Assembly (NCBI GenBank): GCA_905178155.1 | Contig: CAJINV010000005.1 | Span: 6,041,754-6,105,753 of the forward strand | Origin: Amoebophrya sp. A120 | Taxonomy: Eukaryota > Protista > Dinoflagellata | Direction of reading: 5' to 3' | Length of the DNA stretch: 64,000 bases | Shown here: positions 53,072 to 63,845 of the stretch, in pieces | Layout of the letters: each line of letters starts with the position of its first letter | Numbering within the stretch: the first letter of the stretch is position 1 | The notes under the pieces: generated by a model | The model's database searches: none | Seen by the model: the letters and a program-made list of their open reading frames with translations, nothing else | Told to the model about the DNA's origin: nothing | Made by a program: the position numbers and the translations under genes

Positions 53072-54436
53072 GTTGTTGCAGTTGCTGTTAAACACAAACA
53101 GGAAGCAGGCGCTACTAGTACAACCGCTCATACTACAACTCTACTCTCTGGAAACATCATCATCGTCCCACGATCTATGCAGTGCCAGGCCTGGTATTAA
53201 GAACTGAAATACTTACAACAAGTGCACAGCAGGACTGTACATCTACCTGGTGAGGTCCTTTCCACGGCGCACAGGCCCCTGCAATGAAGAACGACCGGGC
53301 TGCGAGCGACATGTTGATGAAAGGTGGCTCAGGTCCTCTTGAGGGATGGCGAAAGAGACGAGGGGAGGGAAGAAAATGCGGTCTTTGTCTCGTTATCCAC
53401 TGGTTGTCTTATTTCAATTCAGTGAGCGTCTCTAACTACTTGGCTATCCAAACGGCGTCGAGTGATCTTCAACGTGTCGGGTACTGGAGTGGCAACTTAA
53501 AATTCCGGGGTTGTGTGGTAAGTACTGCAATAATTCCTGGGTAAAAAAAGCAAATCTACTTGATCTTCACTTTTATGTACCTCTACCTTTTTCGTGCGAT
53601 AAGAAAGATTCGGATTCCAGAACGAAAGCACGAAGTTGCAATAGTAGACGAGTTGTAAAACGGTTTTTTATTTGGACGAGTCCGACTTTGTTTGTCATGG
53701 AAACTAACGTTCGGTCCGCCAGGCAGACACGATGAACGAACGTGTTTGAAGATGCAGACGACACGGAAAACCGAAAAAAAAGGCTCAACTACAGCAGCAT
53801 AGAAACCACTCACGCATGAGAGATGAACGCCCGTAGCAGGCACTTCTACCGTGGTACGTGCTAGCTTGCTACCACAAAACCGACGGTGACAGAAACGAAA
53901 TCAGAGTTGTACCGAGTAAAGTTGGAACGAATTTCGTAAAAATAAACGAAACGAAAACGGTTCAACCGAGCGACGGAAACAAAACATAATTTTTATATGA
54001 GCACAAACAAAATAAAGCTCAGCGGAGCCATCCGGAGGATGAAAGGCTGAGGCTTACGTGTTTATCACACAAATCGAGGACGTCGGGACGAAGGCAGAAA
54101 TTTTTTTGACTCAATTCGAATTGAACGTGTTGGTGTTCATCGACGTCAGACTTCTATCTTCGATTGTTCGGAAAAAATGTAAGTAGTTTGGTTTTGCATT
54201 GATTTCATGGAGCGTTCTTGTGCTGCGCTCAGCAAACAGGAGCTGCAAGGAGAAACAAATACCCCTTGTTCTCCCTCGCCGCTGCTACTACTTCTGATCT
54301 CACGTATTCCCTGAAAATGAAGCATCCCCATCCAATTCTTGCATGTTTTGCATGACAAAGAAATTGGATGTTGGGGATGGTAAATTTATAGGGAATATGA
54401 TCACGCCGCCGTCTCCCCCTCTAAAATTTCCACGGC
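52670..54436. repeat. Segmental duplication copy 2
   Basis: Paralogous to 49615-51356. Confidence 0.85.
54305..54397. mobile_element. Introner family D inserted at the stop codon
   Basis: tattccctgaaaat...gggaata; DR tcacg contains the minus-strand TGA; absent from the paralogous site at about 51320. Confidence 0.85.
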
Positions 54437-57400
54437 ATTTTTCAGCCCCTCAATCTCCTCCTCCCGCCGTTTCTGCCGTTCCTCAAACGAATCCGCCTTG
54501 GTTTCACACTCCTCCTTAATTTTCGCCACGTATTCCAAAGCCGCGTCCTCTATCCAGGAGAAAACACCCATCCCCATCCACTTTGTCATGCAAAACATGC
54601 ATAAGCTCCAGTGTTTGCCATGCAAAAAATGGATGGGGATGGATGTTTTTCCTGGATATCCTCCGCCTTCACCGCATTGGTTTCATCCTGCTCCGCGTCG
54701 TTGATTCCCGTGTTTAACTGTTCAATTTCTCCCTGGTAACCCTTAATCGTCTGCTTCGTCGTGGCCATATGGAAGCGTCAGGATTGAAATCGTCAAAGTT
54801 GAAAATAAAATTTTTGTATTGCATAAAACGCAATGCACAAGGTGCCTGTCTTGCAAGGGTGGCAAGCGAGGCCGACTGTAAGCCTGTTTGGGGTCTGCGA
54901 TAGAGCTGCTAAAGCAGCATAACCAAAGCAGTCTTCTCTGTCCAAGCAGCATGACAAATTGGATTTCAATACTGCCAAAATTTGTCATGCGCCACTTGAA
55001 ACCTGTGTTCCAACTGGCATCCATCTGATGCATGGCAAATCATTTCAACTTTGACGATTTCAATCCTGACAGATCCATATGCCAGTTCGACTTTGTAATC
55101 CTGCGTTTTCTGTTCAAACTGGGACTTCAACGACTGTTCTAAATTCTGCACGTCAATTTTGGACTTCGCGAAATCCGCCTCCGCGGTTTCCAACAGCGCG
55201 ATCACCGAATCGGCCACGTTGGTGGTGGACACCCGGGACTTCGTACTCGTTTGCATCTCTGTGTTAGAACTTTCCTGCAACAACAAGGCCGATTCCGTCC
55301 CCTCGGCGAAGTACTCCTGCAAAACCTGGATCGCCTTCCCGCACGCTTCTTCGTTCGCCATCGCGGTCGCGATCTCCTCCTCGTTTTGCTTCTTGTTTTT
55401 CGCCCGCATGGCGGTGATTTGCTCGACATCCGCGTTGATCTCTTCGATTCTCTTCTCCAGTTGTGAAATCGTTTTCTCCAATTTCGGATGCATGGCAAAA
55501 GTACCGTACTCGTAGAGGTAGAAATCGCAGCTATCGTGCCCATGCATCACAGATCTATCTTGGTGCGCTAACCAGCATTACAAATTTCCTTTTTCATGCT
55601 GACCAAATTATTTGTGATGCGATTTCTACTAGTACGAAAAAAAAATTTTGGAAGGCATATTTCGTCTTGTCTGCCATCGCTTTCTCTTTCCGCATGGTGA
55701 GTTTCTCGCGTTCCTGCTGCTTTTTCTTCAAGTCCTTCTGCCCCTTCGCAGATTCTTTTTTGCAGTACGCGTTCTTGTCGTTTTCTTCCGCCGTTTATGA
55801 GAGTGCACAAGAACTCCCCCCCCCCTCGTCATTTGTCACGCAAAATACCAACCCCAAGCGCTGCTGCGTGGTACTGTTTGCATGACAGATTCCGGAAACC
55901 CAAACAGTACTACAATAGACGCATGAACTTGTCATGCACAGGCTCCACAGGTGGTGGGGGTGTCTGTATTGCTTTCCATACAATTACAAATGAGGAGGAG
56001 GGGGAGTTGCACACTGTCATACCATTTCTTTCTCTAATTTCCCAATCATGTTCGAGATCATCTGTTTCACCTTCCCAAACGGGTCCTCCGCAATGCGGAT
56101 GGAGAGCTGGTACAGTTGCGTTTGCGTTTGGCTCGTCTGTTTGCTACTATTTCCATTTGATGTTCTTCCGCTTTGCTCCTGCTGCAGCCACTTCGCAGCC
56201 AGTTTCTGCAGGTAGATGCTCGCAGCGGTCTGTCGCTGCAGCTGTTCGGTTGTCGACTTTATTTGCGCTTTGGTGCCGCTAGTGAGTTGTGTTCTTGCCT
56301 GGACTTGCAGGAAAGATGATACCGCAGCGCCTGCTAGTTGATGTCCATCAAGAACTACATCACTACTGCTTTCTTGCAAGAAATCGGGTGCATTCTGCAA
56401 AATCTCCATTGCCGTGTTGAGCGCCTTTAACTCCGCAGCGAAATCCTCCTGTTCCTCGTGGAACTCCTTCGTCGCAATCCGGCACTTATGCTGTGCAAAA
56501 GTATCGCACTCGTATAAATGGCGCAGATCTTGCATTACAAATTTCTTTATCAAGGCAAATCAGCATTACAAATTTTATTTCTCATGCTAAGGAAATTTGA
56601 ATGCATTTATACGAGTGCGATACTTTTGCAGTTCATAGCACTTCGTTTCCGAGTCCTCCAATGTTTTCAAACACTTTTTGACTTCCTCCTCCAACACCGC
56701 AATCTTCTCTTCTGCCTTCGCCAGCTTCTCTTCATTCGTCGCTTTTTTCGTTTTTTCCCGCTCGATCAGCGTTTTAAGATTTGCGACGTTGTTGGTTAGT
56801 TGTTGAATCAACAATTGCTTCTTCATCGAGTTCTCGGACCATTCCTGTTGCCTTTGGTTCTTACTCGCGATTTCGTCTTGCAGGAACTTTTCAAACAGGT
56901 CATATCACAGGAAAAAGTGTTACCGTTAACGGAATAGAATTTGTGATGCAGCAATGCATCACAAAACGTGTCAGAATTTGTCATGCGTGGCATGCATATT
57001 GGGCTACATTTGTGATGCCTGACTGCAATCTGTGACAACCGTTAACGTTAACACTTTTTCTTGCGATAAGTCAATGACCCCACTCATCCCGGAATCCGTG
57101 TCCAACCCTTTATCGACCGCTTGGGGCTGCTGGAGAAGTAAAGCGCTGTACTTTTCCTGTTTTTTCAGCGAAACAGACGATGCTTTGGTGATCGCGGAGA
57201 GAGCGACTTGGACCGAATCTAATGCTTTCTCCTGGAGTTGCAGGAAGGATTTCTTTTCGCCAGATCCCCCTTCTTCCTCCGACGTACTACTTTTCGCCTG
57301 CTTCATCGTCAGCGCCCGAATCGCCCGTCGCACCATGTCGATGGTTTGGCTGGACTCTTTGTCCAGTTTTGCAAACTCTTGCTTCTCTTCCCCGAAAAGC

Positions 57401-57843
57401 TGTTTCTCACTCGCGAGCTGCTTCGTCACCTGTTGTTCCTTTTCTGATGTTGCGGAGATCACACTTCCAGCCTTTTCCACTAGAGATGATGCCTCCTGCT
57501 TATCCGCTTTTTGGGTTTTCAAACTTGTCTTCAAAACAGCGAGCTCCTTCTGTTCCTGGATTTTCGTTTGTTCGCATTCCTGCTCGAGTTCATCCTGCTC
57601 TTCCCTGGCAATTTTCGACTCTTTCTCTGACTGCTGCCGCATACCTTCCAACATCTTGATAACAGGCGCAATGCTGCCGCCGGGCTTGGTGGTCAGGGTG
57701 GCTTCGGTTGTTTGAAGCAAGAAAACACATGTTGCCGCGGCCAAGGAGCAAGCAACGGAACCACGACGAAACGAAGACATGGCGGTCATCTTCTTTGCTC
57801 CTAATGCTGGCCGATTCATACCACCAGGTCGTGGGGGCGACAT
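54401..57843 (-). CDS. Secreted long coiled-coil protein of the dinoflagellate SFLQ-motif type (uncharacterised)
   Basis: Signal-like VACSLAAATCVFLLQTTEA; motifs IAPVIKMLEGM, SFLQ, DPFGKVKQMISNMIGKLEKE, KNAYCKKE, SFEERQKRREEEIEGLKNAVEILEG. Six introners removed in frame. Start Met uncertain (57843 to 57780). Confidence 0.8.
54551..54658. mobile_element. Introner family D
   Basis: DR tcctc; junction KAEDAAL. Confidence 0.9.
54768..55079. mobile_element. Introner family B
   Basis: DR ggcca/tgcca; junction VELATTK. Confidence 0.9.
55487..55659. mobile_element. Introner family A, degenerate
   Basis: Decayed TIRs (gatgc...gcata); DR tttcg; junction DKTKLEK. Confidence 0.82.
55796..56021. mobile_element. 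Introner family E
   Basis: DR ccgtt/ccatt; junction EKE(M/T)AEEN. Confidence 0.88.
56487..56637. mobile_element. Introner family A
   Basis: DR gcact; junction ETKCRIA. Confidence 0.9.
56903..57068. mobile_element. Introner family J
   Basis: TIR tatcacaggaaaaagtgttaccgttaacgg; DR ggtca/agtca; junction VIDLFEK. Confidence 0.88.
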
Positions 57844-59082
57844 CTTGCAGAAGCAGTCGTGGCCACGAGGCTACGGAACGATTGTATATTAGCTGTGTCA
57901 GAACTCCACTTAGCCGTAGACGTCGCTCATCAGCACTCGTCACTCAAACATGCGGTCGCTCTCTCAGAATCGTAAATAAATCGGTCCTGTCAAAAATGGA
58001 CCTACACACAACTTGGGGATCTTTTACCGACATCACGCACACACAACTGTTTTTGCGTGTGACGTCCGCTGGCGCGAACATGACTCCACCGTGGAGCGAG
58101 TGCGATCCGCACGTCGCACCGCTGTTCTTTCGACGACCTACGCAACGCCGGGTTTGTAGTTTTTTTCTTTCTGAGACGAGAAGCAACTGAGGGACAAAAA
58201 TTTGTTTCGCTTTTTGTTTTGGAAATTGTCTATGAGGAATGCTGGTTGCGAAACTACTACATTTAGTGGGTGAAGTATATAAAAATGGCCGTCATCGGAC
58301 AAAGAGTTCTTTGCTAAAAAGCCGAAGAACTCCTCTACTGCCTAAAAGATTGGAACGTAGTTTATCGCACTACACCACAAAGAGCAGCTAAGTACAACTT
58401 CTACACTACAACAGCACTAGTAGAGCGAGCTCCGCTTTCAATTTCTAAATTCATCCCACGTGGCTGTTTGCGATAGCAGGTTCTAGATTTCGAGTTATCG
58501 CGTCGTGAAGATCATAAGAAAACCTATAATCAATCTTGTCTTCACACCTGTTCGCTACTGCAATAACCAGTGGGACTATGATGAAGAACTACTACCTCCT
58601 CGTTTCTAATATGCTAGTGTCTACAACCTCTACACCACTGCGACAAACAGGGATACTGCTTGCGAATAGCAGGGATGCGGGGGAAGAAACAAGTAGCTCA
58701 GCCCTAGGTGATGAATAAGTAGCTGCTGCCGCCCTTCTCACAACTACAGCTGTCGTTTGAGTTGCTTTTGGCTTGGGGCCTAGCAGGTTTTTCGGAATGG
58801 AAAAATTTCTAAAATTGAAGTAGTTAGACTCGGTGATATGCATGTCTGACAATGCACTTATCCAGAAGGACAAGAATGGCTTCGAAGATAAGTGTGATAA
58901 TTATGCAAAATTGTAATTCAGAAAAAAGTGTGTATTGTTGTTGTAAATTGAAAAAAATGTAACTAAGTAAAAACGGTAGTACAAAAAGAGTACTTAGCTG
59001 CAATAAATTTGAACGGACTGAACCCCAGTACCAAAAATCGAACAATCTATGATCTATCCATGACATGTTGACCAGAAAATCA

Positions 59083-60548
59083 TCATACCCAGTTATGCGC
59101 CCCGTCGTAGTCGATCGTCATTTCGCTTTCCTTCCTCCCCAGTAGCGTATTTGCGGCTTTGCTCTTGATGTAAAAGTAGATGAAGTCCGATAATATGAGC
59201 AGGTTAAAAAACTCCGTGGCAGTCGCCATGTTGTGGTTGTGTGGTGACCAGCCGTTCACCGTTGGGAAGAGCAGCCAGAAGGTAAGGGTGCAGAATTTTG
59301 CTATACCCTGGAACATGAGGAAGTCACCGAGAAGCACCGGAATCTTCTTTGTCTTGTACAGCATCAGGAGTTGGGGGAGGACGGACATAATCTGTAAGTG
59401 GTTTTTTGGTGGTGGGAATCATTCGGACTGAGAAACAGAAATTGAAAGCAGCAAAAACTTTTCGTTGTTGCATGATAGAAACAGACACAGATGAATGTCT
59501 TTTCAAAAAGGAAGTAGAGTATAAAAACTTCGTACATCTGCATGACAAAATCACTTCAAATTTCTCCGTATAAGTACTATACCTGAACAATCTCGCAAAT
59601 GCTGCAGAGCATGCACAAAGAGAACGCGAATGGCACGTCCCCATCCGCCGTGATGATCGAGCACCTCGTGACTGACCAGAAACAGGCCACAATCGCGGAA
59701 AACACCAGCAAGCCCCCGAACTGGACGAACAACGTGTCGTGGTATTGTTTGGGTAAAATCCGCTTCAGAAACGCCCGGCCGAAGACGTCATCCGCAAAAT
59801 CTTCTTTAATCGAATTACTGACACAATACAAAGCAACGGTGGTGACCACCCCCATAAACACCGCAAACCCGTCCACGATCAAGTAGATGAACGGGGGAAA
59901 AACCTCCGGGGAATAGTGGATCCCGAAAATGTGACTGCAGGAATGGAGACACCGGCCCGCGGCGAACCCGAGAAAAGACTGGAGGGACACACCCCTCGGC
60001 CCGCGTCGTTTTACCGAATGGAAGACGCAGTAGAAGGCGAAAAACCCGCAAACGTCGGAGACCAGGATGAGAAAGTCGAGGAAAAGGAGGCCGAAAAAGG
60101 ACGGTGGCGGCTCGTCTTCCTCCTCATGCTGCTGTTCTTGCTCCGCTGGCTTTTCTGATGTTGCTGGTGTTGCTTTGCCGAGAAGCTGATGCGCCTGGTA
60201 GAGTATCACATGCAAAAATGTCTGGATCTGGAAGATTGCGAGATTTGTCATGCTTGTTTGGCATGACAAAAAAGTTTGTGATGCGTGTCGAAGAAGAGAC
60301 ACTTCCGCCTGTCATGCAAAAACGCAGCTTCTCATGCGAAAAACGCAACACAAAGAACTGCAGATTTTTTTCATGCTTGGCTCTGCAGCATTACAGAGCA
60401 CTCACTATTTTTCCCAAGACAGCACTACAAGTTTCCAGACCCAGACATTTGTACAACCCATATAGAGGGTGATCAGGAGGGGGAGAACCCGCTGGGCGAG
60501 CCGCCTGCTCGTCGTGGCAGTAGAGATCATACTGCGGGGGGAGAGCAT
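59083..60548 (-). CDS. ERD2: ER lumen protein-retaining receptor (KDEL receptor/ERD2-like)
   Basis: Multi-TM protein with RGVSLQS, SVLPQLLML and LILSDFIYFYIK motifs; GT-AG intron 59392-59582; one introner. Confidence 0.85.
60204..60462. mobile_element. Introner family C
   Basis: DR tagag; junction ITLYQAH. Confidence 0.9.
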
Positions 60549-62868
60549 CTTCAGCTTCTGTTGTAGGAAGTCGTGGATGAGAAACTACGATGCTTCAAAA
60601 TTACAGCTGGGGTTCTTACTAGTACATACAGCTACCGAGGATTTTAGGATTTTTACACAGGAACAAGGACAAGGTTCAGAATAGGGGACAAGAATAAACT
60701 ATTTCCGGGTGGAAAAAGTCAAATTCTTGCTGTGTTGAGGTTGTATCATAGAAGAAGTGTGAAGTGGAAAAAAGTGTTTTCTTTCTTACGTTCATGTACG
60801 TCGCAGACGACAAGACTACAAAGCAACGAGAAGTGGTGGACGATCACGACGTCGTAGTACACGAGCGATGAATTCCTACTGGACGAGTTCATTATAATTC
60901 ATCCTGCTGAAGAACGAACCGACTGTACAACCAGAGCAAGGAAAATCAGACGATAAACTCAGGCTGTACGAGGAAAATCCGATGAACTTAGTTGCTGCAC
61001 GAAAACTACATGTTGCTGCACGAAAACTACATAGGCAAAGACGCATTACCGAGGAGTCGACAAGATTCAGATTGTGACATCTCGTTTTGAAAACGCATCA
61101 TGAACCGATGAGTGGGCAACTTGATTTTGGACAAAATTGAAACTGCCTGGTGTCCACACTTCACAGGAATCACGCCTGCGAACCGACAAGAGGAGCTGCT
61201 TCTAGGCGAGTGAATCGCGGTACATGAGAAGAACAGACCACCACTCGAAGTGATGCACATTGAGGGCTCAAGTTTCCTACAGGGGCAAAGGTAAAGCTTC
61301 ACTTGTTTTTCTTCTTTCATCAAATTACTGCTTCAAAGCCATTCTTCACAATCAACAAGCCTCCTAGAAGCACAAGAAGCTCACGTCGTTTGGTCTTGCG
61401 CACACAGCGCCCCCTTCGTGAAAAACGATGACATCAATGCTTTTGGTCTTGCGGTGAATAAGATGACAGGTTCTTTGTAGTCAGGCAGAAATCTCATGAG
61501 TTTGTAATGCTCAGTGCGCATGCCCCGCGTGGAAGCAACACTCACCAAACATAAAAATGCTCATCCTGGCGTTCTACGGCGGTCCTGGAATAGAAGCAAC
61601 ACAACCTTGCCTTTACAATGCATGGAAGCAAACGTGCTATTGATCAGTATGGCAGAATTCTCCATGTTCCTCAGGGTTCCAAACGGTTTTAACCGCGAAA
61701 AACTCGGGAAGAACCGCGAAGTAGGAAGGTAACATCCTTTTTGTTATGCTAGTAACGACCAATACCAACAATAGCATGGCAGAATCAAGCAGGCATAGCA
61801 AAAACACATCTCAGAAATCTCATGTAGACAAAGGTTGGACGGTTCAGCGAGAGCGCTCTGCGGAGAGCAAAACACCCCCTCACGACCTGATCCGATGGAG
61901 ATTTCATCCTAGCTTCAGTTCAAGTTCTTTTTCGCTTATCTTCTACGTAGTAATGCGAATGTAACTTTTCGTCGTGCTGTCGCGCAATACAAATATCAGA
62001 TGTCAATTCCTCCGCAGGCGGTTGAATGTAGCATAGAGCGGAAAAACCGTCCGCTTAACGCCGGTATCCAGTGCAATAGGAGAAACCACAGCACAAGATA
62101 GACATTCCAAAGTTCCTCATCATTTACATTTTGTTGTAGTGGAATCATACATGACGTTGACAAGGTCATTTACATTTTTTCGTGCGGAAACTAGCATGAG
62201 AAACGGAACATCAATTTGCCTTGTTCCAATGCCGCCCTGTGCCGCTAGGTTATTGAGAAAAATCCTACCAGCTACACAAAGGCCTGAAAATTTTTTATTG
62301 CGCTGAATGAATCCCGCAGTCACACGAAGAAGTGGTGAAAACGGGCTAGTAATAGCGCTGATTTCGTCGTACTCGGAAGGAGGATCGAATCGTCGTACTC
62401 AGAAAGCGATTTTCACATCGTGCACATGAGATCGTAGTCGTACTCGTAGAACACTTCATCTTGCGGATTAATACAGAATAAAGGTTTACTAGGTAGAAGT
62501 GCATGTGATCGCAAGGTGTGTGCGCCGCAAGGGAAGTCTTCAGAAGGGGAGATCCATCGGAGAATACGATAGTGGAAAAAAACTCGGAAGAGATTGTGAG
62601 CAAAGATGCGGCAGCGGACGCGAAGCGGTACTGAACTGGTCGTGGAGCACGGCGGAATCGGAACAGTCAAACAAGCGTAGCCGCCAGCTTGCCGCACAAG
62701 TCTCTGGTCGGGCGCCTCACGAACGGCGCAATTATACAAACACAGAAGGGAGAATTCTCGTTCAACAGCTGCACGCCCTTGCAGGAATACAACGGAAAAT
62801 AGCGTCAGTCTAGTGCTTGCAATACAACAAATTCGTCTGTTCAGAAAAGATGAGTGCTACCACCACCT

Positions 62869-63148
62869 TCAAGATAGACACCTTGAGTGCACTATGAACT
62901 GCAAAAGTATCGCACTCGTATAAATGCATTAGCATTACAGATTTCCTCAGCATGAGAAACATAATTTGTCATGCTGTTTTACCGTGGGATGGAGATTTGT
63001 AATGCATAGCTGCAATGGGTACGAGTACGACACTTTTGCAGTTCATATGCACCACACCACTCCCGTGATCCTCGTATTCGTTCGGCCAAACGCACATCTT
63101 GGTGAAATTTGGCATGCCAGCCAGCACCGCAGCGCCCTTCCACACCAC
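62869..63148 (-). CDS. 3'-terminal coding segment of an actin-related protein (rest of gene upstream or off window)
   Basis: After a cag acceptor and removal of one introner: VVWKGAAVLAGMPNFTKMCVWPNEYEDHGSGVVHSRCLS*, resembling the actin C-terminus [37 protein letters not shown]. Confidence 0.8.
62893..63047. mobile_element. Introner family A
   Basis: tatgaactgcaaaag...cttttgcagttcata; DR tgcac; junction VVHSRC. Confidence 0.9.
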
Positions 63149-63269
63149 CTGTGAAGGTTTATTTAGTGCTGGGGATCGATGACGACGAGGTGCAACAGTT
63201 TGCCATGCGATATCTGCATTTCTTCTTTCTCATGCTGACAACTATGCTATTGTGTAAGCTAAAGCTTTT

Positions 63270-63845
63270 GTCAGAAAGGACGCCACAAGGGTTTTTTCAT
63301 CACAATTTGCATTGCAAATAAGACAAAGCATTGCGAATCGATATGTGGTTCATCATGGTGAGTGCGCATGACAGGCACGCCGAATGTAGCCAGATACTAT
63401 CAGGAGGGGAATCCATCTTGCATCATCTCCATCACAGCCGAGAGGCCGCAACGAATCATGACAAAGCATTGCGATATAAAGGACGAGTCATCATGAATTA
63501 TTCTGGCCTTAGATTGTTGTGCACGCAGTGTTGCTCTGGGTCAAAGTGCGCGAATTCACAGACGATTAGTATGCCACAGAGTCAGGAGGGGAATCCATTT
63601 TACATCACCTCTGCACAAGACTTGCATCATGCGCAAATCATGACAAAGCATTGCGATATAAGAGGACGAGTCATCACGATAGTGGCAAAACTAGAAGACC
63701 TGGAGGAGAAATTGAGGTTACATATAGACGACTTATGTAGAACTATCAGGAGGGGAATCCTATTTTGCATCAACTTTGCCTTGATCAATACAACCAAATG
63801 CAAATCATGACAAAGCATTGCGATATAAGAGGACGAGTCATCATA
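63270..63845. repeat. Array of about 100-bp repeats separated by unrelated spacers
   Basis: Units tatcaggaggggaatcc...aatcatgacaaagcattgcgatataagaggacgagtcatca at about 63398, 63580 and 63744, plus a degenerate unit at about 63270. Confidence 0.8.

Noticed and set aside
60991-61032. 21-bp tandem duplication gttgctgcacgaaaactacat
   Set aside because: An isolated slippage-type duplication with no further structure.
61027-62813. Short ORFs downstream of the actin-related stop codon
   Set aside because: No homology cues or consistent frame; treated as UTR or intergenic.
63270-63845. CRISPR array call
   Set aside because: Eukaryotic context, units about 100 bp and bipartite, irregular spacers and no cas genes. 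Kept only as an unexplained array.
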